From positions 3,712,001 to 3,776,000 of the forward strand of contig OY760175.1 in assembly GCA_963663165.1 (NCBI GenBank): 64,000 bases of DNA, read 5' to 3'. This document shows, in pieces, positions 21,227 through 30,892 of the stretch. The translations under genes and the position numbers were made by a program. Under the pieces are notes generated by a model, which was not told the DNA's origin, did not search any database, and was given only the letters and a program-made list of their open reading frames with translations. This stretch comes from an uncultured Desulfospira sp. (GTDB taxonomy: Bacteria > Desulfobacterota > Desulfobacteria > Desulfobacterales > Desulfobacteraceae). Every line of letters starts with the position of its first letter. The first letter of the stretch is position 1.

Positions 21227-22087
21227 TTAATTTCTGATGTTAAACGTAAATGAATGGGTCCCCTCAATCTTCTTTTTGGGATTAAAGAGGAACACCTCTT
21301 TGGTTGTGCGGCTCTTCAGCACCCGGCGAATTTGGACAGTGGGGGCCTGGCAGGCTTTTGTTCCGGTTTTGGCAATCAGAATCTCAACGGTATTGTCACC
21401 TTTAAATAGACCGCCGGACAGCACCCCGGCCCGGCAGGCTTGAACCGGCGCACCCTGCTGAACACCATTAACAATTACTTTGGTTTCATATCCATAACTG
21501 GTCACATCAAGCAATGCCGATGCATAGGGTGCCTGAACCGGGGCCGGGGCCGGTTTGACCTGGCCGTCAATAGCACCGTCCAGGGGAATCTCGGCCAGGG
21601 GAAACAATGATTTTTTGCCGTTTTCATCGTATTTGGGCTTGTCCATGTTCATGGCAAGGGCCACTTTCCATCCGGACGGTTCATTTACGAATTTGATAAA
21701 GCTGAAGACAATCCGGGGATTTCCGCCCCCGTCGGTCTCGCCCGAATCCGTTACATATACAAGTCCTGCGGTATCCCCGTTCTCCAGGAGGGTCAGAAAC
21801 CGGGCATTGAAAATGTCAGGGCCGTATTGGGCCATGCTTTTAATGATCTCCGGCGTTAAGGACCGGTTGGCAGATATCAGCCTGTTCTTCATGGACCCCA
21901 GACTGTAGGCCGACATGGTCTTTTCAAGTTCTGACACTTGACCGGTTCTGCTGGCCTCAAGATGGGCCATCCACGATTGTTCAAGGGTGTCGCGCAAAGA
22001 TGGGGATTCCGCCCGGGCGCCTTCACCAACCGGCAGTGTCAGCGCCAGGAATAATATGAGAATAACCGTTTTTATTTTTATCATCAT
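21227..22087 (-). CDS. Hypothetical exported protein
   Basis: 286-aa ORF with signal peptide and CAGGAG SD. Confidence 0.7.
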   Translation of the reverse strand: MMIKIKTVILILFLALTLPVGEGARAESPSLRDTLEQSWMAHLEASRTGQVSELEKTMSAYSLGSMKNRLISANRSLTPEIIKSMAQYGPDIFNARFLTLLENGDTAGLVYVTDSGETDGGGNPRIVFSFIKFVNEPSGWKVALAMNMDKPKYDENGKKSLFPLAEIPLDGAIDGQVKPAPAPVQAPYASALLDVTSYGYETKVIVNGVQQGAPVQACRAGVLSGGLFKGDNTVEILIAKTGTKACQAPTVQIRRVLKSRTTKEVFLFNPKKKIEGTHSFTFNIRN

Positions 22088-22119
22088 GCTGTTGTCTCCT
22101 GTTTCTTTTTATTCTTTTT

Positions 22120-22272
22120 CCACAAACCGGTGATCTCACGCAGACAGAGCCCTTCTGACTTGTTGCCAACCATCCCGATCTCGTCAACTCTTTTGACACC
22201 AAACCCCGGCACATAGGATTTGATATCAATGAGAGGCGTATTATTCAACACATCGATCCCTTTGACAAACAC
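22120..22272 (-). pseudogene. trmO: 3' remnant of a TrmO/TsaA (YaeB) tRNA methyltransferase, frameshifted
   Basis: 'VKGIDVLNNTPLIDIKSYVP' continues in another frame as 'RSGWL...RS', the typical TrmO C-terminus; no 5' part present. Confidence 0.6.
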
Positions 22273-22301
22273 TTTATTTTCTTCCCGCCATAAATAACAT
22301 C

Positions 22302-22336
22302 AAGGCAGGGCCCATACCAGGCCCTGCCTTTTTTTT
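22302..22336 (+). terminator. Terminator-like hairpin with T-tract on the + strand
   Basis: aaggcagggcc-catacca-ggccctgcctt-T6. Confidence 0.55.
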
Positions 22337-22432
22337 GAAAATCGGTATATGATTTTGACCGTACAGGAAAAATTCAAGGTCATTTGCACATTTTAATTTT
22401 TTTCCTGCTGCCCAGTGCCTGAACGAAAACCC

Positions 22433-22506
22433 GTGTTTGGGCGAAAAGTTGCCCAGATGCAAATTTTTCTGCAACGCAGCAGATGGGTGACGTTTCGTTC
22501 AAACAC
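22433..22506. repeat. Internally deleted copy of palindromic family A
   Basis: Matches both arms of the reverse complement of 34509-34635 but lacks the ~50-bp centre. Confidence 0.75.
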
Positions 22507-22509
22507 TAC

Positions 22510-25500
22510 CTAAAGGGTAATGTTCAGTGCCGGGATCAGTTCACCCAGGGTGGCTTTGGCTTCCTCAAATTCATACCCGCTGATCTGGCCGGACAGCTTT
22601 TCCAGCAGGGTTTGGGCGGATTGTTCCCGGACTGTTCCGGCCAGCTGTTTGACAACAGAAACGGCATCGGTGTCATCATCATTGAGTCGTTCCTGCAACT
22701 TCAGGATCAGGGCTTTTACGGTTTCAGGATCAGCCGGGCTGCCGGCTGTCGGGGTTTCCCGGTCCGGTCCCAGGGTCTGAATTCCCTGGATGACCGTCTC
22801 CAGGTTTTGGAAAAAATCAGGCAGGATCTGTTCTGCCCCCTGAATGTCTTCTTTTTTTAAGGCTGCATCCAGAAGGGTTGCCGTTTCAAACAAAGATTCG
22901 GCACCGATGTTGCCGGCCACGCCTTTGGCGGTGTGGGCAAGCATTTGAGCGGTCTCCATATCCCGGTCTGCTATGGCCTGGCGGATGCGTTCCCCGGCCC
23001 GGGCCTGGTTGTGGGCAAATTTATGCAATAACTCCCGGTAAAGGGCCGTATCCCCGGCAAGCCGTTCAAGCCCCTCCCGGACATTGATACCCGGCAGTGG
23101 TCCGAAATCTTCTTCAAACCTCCGGGATTGGCCGGCCCCGGCCGGAAAAGCCCCGGGAAATGCCCGCCCCTTGCCGGTGGGTTTGATCCATCTGCGCAAG
23201 ACATTGAACAGTTCCTTGACGTCAATGGGTTTGGCCACATGGTCGTTCATCCCTGCGGCCAGTGCCTTTTCCCGGTCCCCGGCCATGGCGTTGGCGGTCA
23301 TGGCAATGACAGGCAGGTCCTTGAACGCATCGTCTTCCCTGATCTTCCGGCCGGCGGTGTAACCATCCATTTCAGGCATATTGACATCCATAAGCACGGC
23401 ATCATAATCGGCCTTTTGAAGCGCTTCCAAACCCAGAAGGCCGTTATCCGCCGTTTCAACCACAAGCCCTTTATTTTCAAGGATTCCCCGGGCCACCTGC
23501 TGATTGATTTCATTATCTTCCACCACCAGTATCCGGGCCCCCTGAATGGCGCCGACACCGGGCAGCCGCTCCCGTTGCCGCCGGGACACCCCGCTGGAAA
23601 GACCCTTTCCCCCCAGTGCCGCCATAATCGTGTCCAGCAGAAGGGAGGGGCTGACCGGCTTCACCAGGTACCCGTCAAGCCCTATGGTGTCGGCCTGCTG
23701 CATCAACTCTTCCCTGGCATAGGCCGACACCATGATAATGGAGGGGACATTCATCTCAAGGGATTGTTTTATCTTCCGGGATGCGTGTAGCCCGTCCATT
23801 CCCGGCATTTTCCAGTCCATGAGAACCAGATCAAAGGGCACATTGTCCTTTCCGGCCTGCACAAGTTCTGAAAATCCGGCTTCAGCACTGTCAGCCTGGG
23901 TTACCTGAAAGGTCATGGCCTCAAGCATTTTGCTTAAAACCGCACGGCAGACCGGGTTATCGTCCACCACCAGGACTTTTTTCCCAAGGAATTCGGCATC
24001 GGGCAGCAGCTGTCCGGCCGCCGGGGAGTCCGCCTTTTTCAAACGGACCGTGAAAAAAAAGGTGGTGCCCTGCCCAAAGGTGCTTTCCACCCAGATCCGG
24101 CCCTTCATCATTTCCGTAAGGCTCTTGCAGATAAAAAGCCCGAGACCGGTGCCCCCGTATTTTCGGGTAGTGGAAGAATCCGCCTGGGTAAAGGCCTCAA
24201 ATAATCCGGCCTGCTGCTCCCCGGTCAGCCCGATACCGCTGTCCTGGACAAAAAATTCCAGTTCGACTTCCTGATCGTCCTCGGCTGCCACGGAACAGCC
24301 CAGCACGATCTCCCCTTTCCGGGTAAACTTGACCGCATTACCGGTAAGATTGGTCAGAATCTGTCCCAGCCTTAAGGGGTCCCCGATCAAGGCAGGGGGC
24401 AGGCCCGGCGCAATGTTAAAAATCACCTCCAGCCCTTTTTCCTGGGCTTTGATGCCCACAATATTCGTTACGGTATCCAGGACTTCTTCAATACAAAATT
24501 CAATGGCTTCCATATTCAATTTGCCGGCCTCAATCTTGCTGAAGTCAAGGATATCGTTGATAACGCCCAACAGGGCTTTGGAGCTTGTTTGAATTTTCCA
24601 GATATAGTCAAACTGCTGCTCATTGAGATCTGTTTGCAGGGCCAGGTGGGAAAATCCAATAACGGCATTCAGGGGGGTCCTGATCTCATGGCTCATGTTG
24701 GCCAGGAAATCGCTTTTGGCCCGGGTGGCCTCTTCGGCCACCCGCATGGCCTTTTCCAGTTCAGCGGTCCGTTCCTCCACCAGAACCTCAAGATGGTCCT
24801 GGTAATCCTTGAGTTCCTGTTCGGCCTGTTTTTGCCGGGTGATGTCCTTTGCGGCCCCGGCAATGCCCATGACCTGCCCGTCGGCATCCAAAATAGGTTT
24901 ATGGGAAACAAAGATCCAGATGCTGCTGCCGTCCTTTTTCCGGGCCCTCAGCAGGGCCTCCTGCCGTCCCCTTCCCTGGAGCGCCAGATCCGTATGGGTT
25001 TTAAGCTGGGGCCAATCCCGTTCGTCAATTATGGGCCGGGGATAGTCTGCCATTGCCATGCATTCCTTCACCGAATAACCGGTAATCCGTTCCACGGCCT
25101 GGTTCACCCAGACCAGTCTGCCATCAATGTCCTGCCAGGACTGCCAGTCATAGGTGTATTCGGAAATAATCCGCAACTGTTCCTGGGACTTTTGGACCCG
25201 GTCAAGGAGGCGTACCCGTTCTGTGATGTCAAGGATGAGGCCGGCCGCACGCACAGGGCTGCCCTGCCCGTCCCATTCGATGGCCCGGCCCACATGGTTG
25301 ACCCAGATCCATTGGCCACCCTTTCCAACAAAACGAAAATCCACATTGACCAGGGGAACTTGCCCTGTCTCATATCGTTCTGCAGTTTGTTTAAACCGGA
25401 CCAGATCATCGGGATGAATGAGTTCAAAATAGGCTTCTAAGGTGCGGGGGATGGTATGTTCCAAAAGGCCAAGCCGCTGGAAAAGAATCAATGAATCAAA

Positions 25501-26997
25501 GGTCATATCCCCTGTTTTCAGATCTATATGAAAGTAACCGGCCCCGGCTGTTTCCAGGGCAAAGTGGAGCTGCTCCTGGGTTTGTTTTACCTGCTCATGA
25601 AGTTCCTGGCGTTCTGTGATATCCATGCTCAGGCCGGCAATCTCGGTTATGTTTCCCCGGTCATCCCGTTTAATGGGGCGTCCCACGGAATGACGCCAGG
25701 CCCAGTCCAGCTTCCCTTGGCGCCGGACCCGGTAATCGATATCAAATACCTGAGCCTCACCGTCCTGTATCTGTTTAAATTTTTCTGTGAAAAGCGGCTG
25801 GTCGTCGGGATGGGCCGTGGAGATGAGCCGGGAGAAGGCCTGGCTCTCTTTTTGCGGCCCATGCCCCTCAATGACGGCCTCATCGGGCATACCATAGGAG
25901 ACAACTTGGTTTACCATATCAAATTGCCAGTAATAGGCACCGGCCACTTCCAGGGAAAAATACAGCCGCTCCTCGCTTTTCCGGAAGGCATCTTCCACCT
26001 GGGCGCGCTTTGCAATTTCCCGTTTTAACTTCCGGTTGGCCATCAGGATCACCAAGATGATCAACAGGACCGCAATGACGACAGGGGAACCGATTTTAAG
26101 GAGCCTTCCCCAGTCGATCTCCTTCTGGGTGTTTACCAGAATCCACCGGGTGTGAACCGTATCATGCTCCCTGGGGGTCAGGGAAAGGATGGCCTTGTTC
26201 AGAACGGCCATAAGCTCCGGCCAGTCCTTGCGCACCCCCATGTGAAGCCTGTGGCCATACTGTTCGGGAATGGTGACCACCTCCAGTTGTCTTAAATTAT
26301 GCTGCTTGATGATATAGGCGGTCACGGCGGCATTTTCGATAAATGCGTCGGCCCTGCCGTGGGCCACGGCCAACACCCCGTCTTCCGGTGTCCGGACCGG
26401 GACCAGATTTAATCGCGGATACAGGACAGGAAGCGCTTCATAAATGGAACGGGCCGCCACCACAGCCACCTTTTTGCCGTAAAGCCCCCGGATCCCGTTG
26501 GATCTATTCTGGTTAAACCGGACCGCCATGGCCCATGGATAATGCAGATATTTCCGGGTGAACAAAAAATTTTCTTCCCGGCTTTTTAAATGGGCCAGGA
26601 CCGTAACGAGATCCAGCTCCTTATTCTGGCCCGCTGCCAGGATCTCCTCCCTTGAAAGGGGGGAACCGTCCTCTTTCTTGATCCGTTCAAAGGTGACATG
26701 AAGCCGGTTGCCGATAATATCCAGATAATCCATCACCATCCCCTGGGCCTGTCCCTTGGAATCAATAAATTCAAAGGGAGGCCGGTCAGGGCTGAATCCG
26801 ATGCGAATCACCGGGTGAGCTTCAAGCCACTGGCGCTCTTTTGCGGTAAGGGTCTGATTCCAGAATGCGTCAACACCGCTGCCTGCGACAGCGGAAGGTC
26901 TGCCCGACCGGGGATGGCTGTCAGCCCGGCAAAGGCCGGAAGGGATACAGAGCAAACAGATATGGATCACCAAAACCGGGACCATAAATATGCGCAT
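22510..26997 (-). CDS. Hybrid sensor histidine kinase (periplasmic PBPb, 3 PAS/PAC, HisKA-HATPase, 2 REC, HPt)
   Basis: 'FLANMSHEIRTPLN', 'GGTGLGL', two receiver domains, HPt 'AHTAKGVAGNIGA'; start after CAGGAG. Confidence 0.92.
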   Translation of the reverse strand: MRIFMVPVLVIHICLLCIPSGLCRADSHPRSGRPSAVAGSGVDAFWNQTLTAKERQWLEAHPVIRIGFSPDRPPFEFIDSKGQAQGMVMDYLDIIGNRLHVTFERIKKEDGSPLSREEILAAGQNKELDLVTVLAHLKSREENFLFTRKYLHYPWAMAVRFNQNRSNGIRGLYGKKVAVVAARSIYEALPVLYPRLNLVPVRTPEDGVLAVAHGRADAFIENAAVTAYIIKQHNLRQLEVVTIPEQYGHRLHMGVRKDWPELMAVLNKAILSLTPREHDTVHTRWILVNTQKEIDWGRLLKIGSPVVIAVLLIILVILMANRKLKREIAKRAQVEDAFRKSEERLYFSLEVAGAYYWQFDMVNQVVSYGMPDEAVIEGHGPQKESQAFSRLISTAHPDDQPLFTEKFKQIQDGEAQVFDIDYRVRRQGKLDWAWRHSVGRPIKRDDRGNITEIAGLSMDITERQELHEQVKQTQEQLHFALETAGAGYFHIDLKTGDMTFDSLILFQRLGLLEHTIPRTLEAYFELIHPDDLVRFKQTAERYETGQVPLVNVDFRFVGKGGQWIWVNHVGRAIEWDGQGSPVRAAGLILDITERVRLLDRVQKSQEQLRIISEYTYDWQSWQDIDGRLVWVNQAVERITGYSVKECMAMADYPRPIIDERDWPQLKTHTDLALQGRGRQEALLRARKKDGSSIWIFVSHKPILDADGQVMGIAGAAKDITRQKQAEQELKDYQDHLEVLVEERTAELEKAMRVAEEATRAKSDFLANMSHEIRTPLNAVIGFSHLALQTDLNEQQFDYIWKIQTSSKALLGVINDILDFSKIEAGKLNMEAIEFCIEEVLDTVTNIVGIKAQEKGLEVIFNIAPGLPPALIGDPLRLGQILTNLTGNAVKFTRKGEIVLGCSVAAEDDQEVELEFFVQDSGIGLTGEQQAGLFEAFTQADSSTTRKYGGTGLGLFICKSLTEMMKGRIWVESTFGQGTTFFFTVRLKKADSPAAGQLLPDAEFLGKKVLVVDDNPVCRAVLSKMLEAMTFQVTQADSAEAGFSELVQAGKDNVPFDLVLMDWKMPGMDGLHASRKIKQSLEMNVPSIIMVSAYAREELMQQADTIGLDGYLVKPVSPSLLLDTIMAALGGKGLSSGVSRRQRERLPGVGAIQGARILVVEDNEINQQVARGILENKGLVVETADNGLLGLEALQKADYDAVLMDVNMPEMDGYTAGRKIREDDAFKDLPVIAMTANAMAGDREKALAAGMNDHVAKPIDVKELFNVLRRWIKPTGKGRAFPGAFPAGAGQSRRFEEDFGPLPGINVREGLERLAGDTALYRELLHKFAHNQARAGERIRQAIADRDMETAQMLAHTAKGVAGNIGAESLFETATLLDAALKKEDIQGAEQILPDFFQNLETVIQGIQTLGPDRETPTAGSPADPETVKALILKLQERLNDDDTDAVSVVKQLAGTVREQSAQTLLEKLSGQISGYEFEEAKATLGELIPALNITL

Positions 26998-27341
26998 GGC
27001 ATTCTCCTGAATGTAACTCATCGCAGAGCAACTTAATTGTATACGATTACAATATGTTAACCGGAAACCCATTGGCCAGTGACCCTTGAGAACGCGCGAA
27101 AAAATCAAACCGGTTAAGGGTTTTTGAAAGCCCCGTAAAATCGTCAGCCCCTGACGGATTTCAGACCTTTATCGACCGGAACAACACGTCAACCCGGATA
27201 TTTCATGAAAGGATTACAAAAAAAACTATACGTCTTTCATTCATACCTGTCAATTGCGGCTCGAACCGGTTCCGGGGTGATCGCATGCGGATAGCCCGCT
27301 GATGACGGCAATTTTGACGATAAGGATAATAATGTATATTG

Positions 27342-27418
27342 TTGAGACTTGGGATATGGGACTTGGGGAGGCCGTGGATGCCGCAATCCCCAAGTCCCAT
27401 ATCCCAAGTCCCAAGTCC
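27342..27418. repeat. Heptamer-repeat hairpin (TGGGA(C/T)(A/T) type)
   Basis: Perfect 24-bp inverted repeat 27346-27369 / 27387-27410. Confidence 0.85.
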
Positions 27419-27467
27419 AATTTTTTGGAGATTCTCCTTATTTCCCATTCCAGGGTGGATTGTTTTT

Positions 27468-28592
27468 TTACATGCGATGGCCCTGTGAAACGATCCCGCT
27501 GCCCCGGGCCGAATCATATGCCGGGCGGCCCTCAAAATCAAAGATAACCACCCGGAAAACAATCCGGTCCCCTGAAAAGGTTCTGGTGGTTTCCAGAATA
27601 TTGGTGCCCACATGGGAAAGGATGGACGGATAGTTCGGATAAATATAGGTGAAGGCGTGCCGGGCCGTGTTGGCGGCCTTTATGTTCTCAGCCAGTGGCC
27701 CGTTCCCGGTTAGGTTTTGGGCCCATTGGGCCAGCCGTTCCATGGTCAGCTCGGATTTGGCCGCATGGGTGTGTTCAAACCCCAGGGCCATTTTAACCGC
27801 CTTTCCAAAAAAAACCGTATAGGTAATCTGTTTTATGGTCTTCTTAACGGCCTCGTCTATGGCGGCTTTAAAAAAATCCCCGGTCTGGATAAAGGCCTCC
27901 TCACTGAGGTCTGGGAGAAGGTCCATGGCCAGCCGCTCGCTTCGCCTTCCCGTGGTAAACACCAGGTGGTCAATCCCCCTGGCCGCTGCCACGGATATGG
28001 ATGAGCCGATGGTGGCAATATAAGCCTCATGGGACAGGGGGCGCACAATACCGGTGGTCCCGAGAATGGAGATTCCGCCCAGGATGCCCAGCCGGGCATT
28101 CAGGGTCTTTTTGGCCAGTTCCTCCCCTTTGGGCACAAAAATTTCAATGGTTACGTGAAATGAAGATTGAACGGAAAACTGCCTGAACACGGAATCCACA
28201 GCCCGGCGAATCATTTTCCGGGGGCCGGAATTGATGGCCGGCTGGCCCACTTCAACCTCCAGGCCCGGCTTGGTCACGGTTCCGACACCCTGTCCCCCCT
28301 GGATATCAATGCCCATCTGCTTTGCAGGGGAAAGGGTGATTCTGGCCCCGATCTGGGCCTTGTGGGTAACGTCGGGATCATCCCCGGCATCCTTGATGAT
28401 AACGGCCTCACAGCAGCGTTCTGAAATTCGGGTAACCCTTTCTACCGGAACAGTCCGGGTTTCTCCGGTTAAAAATTCAATCTCAACCGCATCCGGGATA
28501 TTCCCTGACACCAGGTTGACCAGTGCGGCCTTGACCGCAGCAGATGCCGCCGCCCCCGTGGTAAAGCCTTTCCTTAGCCGTTCAGTTCCCAA
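27468..28592 (-). CDS. cbiD: Cobalt-precorrin-5B C1-methyltransferase
   Basis: 'LRKGFTTGAAA', 'IKDAGDDPDVTH', 'TLNARLGILGGISILGTTGIV'; TTG start inferred. Confidence 0.92.
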   Translation of the reverse strand: MGTERLRKGFTTGAAASAAVKAALVNLVSGNIPDAVEIEFLTGETRTVPVERVTRISERCCEAVIIKDAGDDPDVTHKAQIGARITLSPAKQMGIDIQGGQGVGTVTKPGLEVEVGQPAINSGPRKMIRRAVDSVFRQFSVQSSFHVTIEIFVPKGEELAKKTLNARLGILGGISILGTTGIVRPLSHEAYIATIGSSISVAAARGIDHLVFTTGRRSERLAMDLLPDLSEEAFIQTGDFFKAAIDEAVKKTIKQITYTVFFGKAVKMALGFEHTHAAKSELTMERLAQWAQNLTGNGPLAENIKAANTARHAFTYIYPNYPSILSHVGTNILETTRTFSGDRIVFRVVIFDFEGRPAYDSARGSGIVSQGHRM

Positions 28593-29985
28593 TGGTATCC
28601 CTGTAAGCCCGGCATGAAGCAACAAACCGGCGGGCGCAGCCCGGGTTGGAGCCAAAATGAACGTGCATATATGATCCCAGGGTCTGAGCGGTCTGGTACC
28701 CTTTCAAGGCAAGTTCCTGACCGGACCTGGACCTGACCTGATAGACATTTTTAGTGCAAACCGGTGTTTTTGTATCCTGGATGGCGGAATAGTGGAATTC
28801 ATGGCCCCGGATCACATCCCCTTTCCGGCCGATCAGGGTATCTTCCTGAAGCACAATTTCACGGTACCCCAGAGCCCTGAGCCGTTTGGACATCTGAATG
28901 GAAAAATCAAAGCAGCCGGCCATGGGAAAAACCATATCCCCGTCCATGACCTGGCGGCATAAAAACATAAACCCGCCGCACTCCCCGTATATGGGCAGGC
29001 CGGCCAGACTGAGATTTTTGATTTCGGCCAGCAGCTCTTTTTTTCTGGAAAGGATTCCGGCATGAACCTCGGGATATCCCCCGCCAAAATAGATACCGTC
29101 AATGCCCCGGGGCAGATGGTCCTGCCTTAAGGGGGAAAACTCAACGATCCGGGCGCCCTGCGCCTTGAGCTGATCAATGTTATCCTGATAATAAAAACAA
29201 AAGGCCTCGTCCCGGGCCAGGGCAATGAGGGGGCCGTCCCCGGAACCAGCGACCGATGCCGGCAAAGGGGGGGGCGCCTGATCCGAAACAGGTTCCGGTG
29301 ATACCGGTTTCAGGTCTTTGATAAACCGGTCCATGTCAAGATTTTCATCAACCATGGAGACCAGGGTGTCCAGCACTTTGGGAGAAATTTCCCGCTCATC
29401 AGCCGTGACCAGCCCCAAATGGCGCTCGGGCATGACAATTTCATCGTTCCGGGGCATGTGCCCCAAAACCCTTGTGGTGCAGTGCTGCTCTACGGCGGTT
29501 TTCAAATATTCGTAGTGAACCTTGCTGCCGGTCCGGCTGAAGATCACCCCGGCCAGCTCAAGGTCCGGATCAAAGGATTCAAACCCCTTGACCATGGCAG
29601 CGGCACTTCTGGCCATGCCCTTGGCATCCAGGATCAACACCACGGGAAGCCCCAGCCATTTGGCCATCTGGGCCGTTGACCCGGTCTCGGACACCCCGTC
29701 ATATCCGTCAAAAAGCCCCATCACCCCTTCTGCCAGGGCAATGTCCGCCCCTTTGGACCCCGTGTCAAACAGATACCGGTTATACGCCCTGGTCAGCATC
29801 CAGGAATCCAGATTCACACTGACCCGGCCGGCAATCTTAGTATGATGCCCCGGGTCAATAAAATCCGGCCCCACCTTAAACGGCGCAACTTTTATCCCCC
29901 GGGAATTTAACCAGGCCAGAAGGGCCATGGTAATGGTGGTTTTTCCCGATCCCGAACCCGTAGCGGCAACAACAAACCCTTTCAT
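28582..29985 (-). CDS. cbiA: Cobyrinate a,c-diamide synthase
   Basis: 'SGSGKTT', 'FKVGPDFIDP', 'EGVMGLFDG', 'ECGG', 'GHEFHYS'. Confidence 0.93.
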   Translation of the reverse strand: MKGFVVAATGSGSGKTTITMALLAWLNSRGIKVAPFKVGPDFIDPGHHTKIAGRVSVNLDSWMLTRAYNRYLFDTGSKGADIALAEGVMGLFDGYDGVSETGSTAQMAKWLGLPVVLILDAKGMARSAAAMVKGFESFDPDLELAGVIFSRTGSKVHYEYLKTAVEQHCTTRVLGHMPRNDEIVMPERHLGLVTADEREISPKVLDTLVSMVDENLDMDRFIKDLKPVSPEPVSDQAPPPLPASVAGSGDGPLIALARDEAFCFYYQDNIDQLKAQGARIVEFSPLRQDHLPRGIDGIYFGGGYPEVHAGILSRKKELLAEIKNLSLAGLPIYGECGGFMFLCRQVMDGDMVFPMAGCFDFSIQMSKRLRALGYREIVLQEDTLIGRKGDVIRGHEFHYSAIQDTKTPVCTKNVYQVRSRSGQELALKGYQTAQTLGSYMHVHFGSNPGCARRFVASCRAYRDTIGN

Positions 29986-30009
29986 CCTTCAGCCTTCATC
30001 CTTCATCCT
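29981..30009 (-). repeat. Four tandem heptamers GG(A/C)TGAA at the cbiC/cbiA junction
   Basis: Plus strand ttcatcc-ttcagcc-ttcatcc-ttcatcc. Confidence 0.7.
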
Positions 30010-30622
30010 TTCCAACCGCCATCATAGCCAACGCATTGACCACCGCCGCAGCCACATTAGAGCCCCCTTTCCGGCCTTTGTTGGTAATATAGGGGATATC
30101 CAGTTTCATGAGTTCATCTTTGGATTCAGCGGCATTGACAAACCCCACCGGAAACCCGATGACCAGAGCAGGGGAGGCTTTGCCTTCCCGGATCAGCTCA
30201 ATCAGGCGCAACAGGGCCGTGGGGGCATTTCCCACCACGTAAATCCCCTGGGACAGCTCTTGGGCTGCCGCATCCACGGCTGCCAGTGCCCGGGTGGTGC
30301 CGGCGGCTTTGGCCTTAGCGGCAATGTCGGGCTCGGCAATGAGGCACTGAACCTGTCCGCCGAACTGACTGATCTCTTTTTTCCGGATCCCCACCCGGGC
30401 CATGTTGGTATCCGTAAAAATCTGATTTCCCCCGCGGATGGCCGCTATCCCTTGTTCAACAGCATCCTTGTTAAACCGGATGGTGTTAATGTACTCAAAA
30501 TCCGCACTGGTATGGATAATCCGCCGGACGATGGGCCATTTTTCCCCGTCAAAGCCATGATCTGCCGCTTCCTGATCGATGATTTGAAAACTTAATGTTT
30601 CAATTTCCTGTGGTTTCATCAA
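29996..30622 (-). CDS. cbiC: Precorrin-8X/cobalt-precorrin-8 methylmutase
   Basis: 'IETLSFQII', 'RRIIHTSADF', 'GNAPTAL', 'PVGFVNAAESK', 'GRKGGS'. Confidence 0.93.
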   Translation of the reverse strand: MMKPQEIETLSFQIIDQEAADHGFDGEKWPIVRRIIHTSADFEYINTIRFNKDAVEQGIAAIRGGNQIFTDTNMARVGIRKKEISQFGGQVQCLIAEPDIAAKAKAAGTTRALAAVDAAAQELSQGIYVVGNAPTALLRLIELIREGKASPALVIGFPVGFVNAAESKDELMKLDIPYITNKGRKGGSNVAAAVVNALAMMAVGKDEG

Positions 30623-30639
30623 TATTCCTTTTTTTTAAA

Positions 30640-30714
30640 GGATATGGGATATGGGACATGGGGTTGCCTTGCGGCTTTTCCCGCATGTCCCAAGTCCCAT
30701 ATCCCATATCCCAA
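30640..30714. repeat. Heptamer-repeat hairpin, same family as 27342-27418
   Basis: ggatatgggatatgggac(a/t)tggg inverted repeat, 22/23. Confidence 0.85.
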
Positions 30715-30722
30715 CCCGGACT

Positions 30723-30772
30723 TATTCGTTGTGGCCGTTTCTGATCAAAATCCTGTCGGCCCGCCGCCGTTA
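30723..30772 (+). repeat. Degenerate copy of repeat family B
   Basis: tattcgttgtggccg...cggcccgccgccgtta compared with tatttgttgtgggcg...cggcccgtggccgtta at 59227-59279. Confidence 0.55.
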
Positions 30773-30892
30773 TTGATGTTGATATTTTTTAGCCAAACTA
30801 CCACCTTTAGGTTGTTTTTGGCAACTATCCTGCTAAAATACCGTTCAAATGCTGGTTTGGATAAAAACCTTTTTAAGGAGTAAATTTAGACA

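Noticed and set aside
27057..27170. Possible riboswitch upstream of the hybrid kinase (ttaaccgg...ccggttaa and nearby hairpins)
   Set aside because: No match by eye to c-di-GMP, cobalamin or other aptamer consensus; an Rfam scan would be needed
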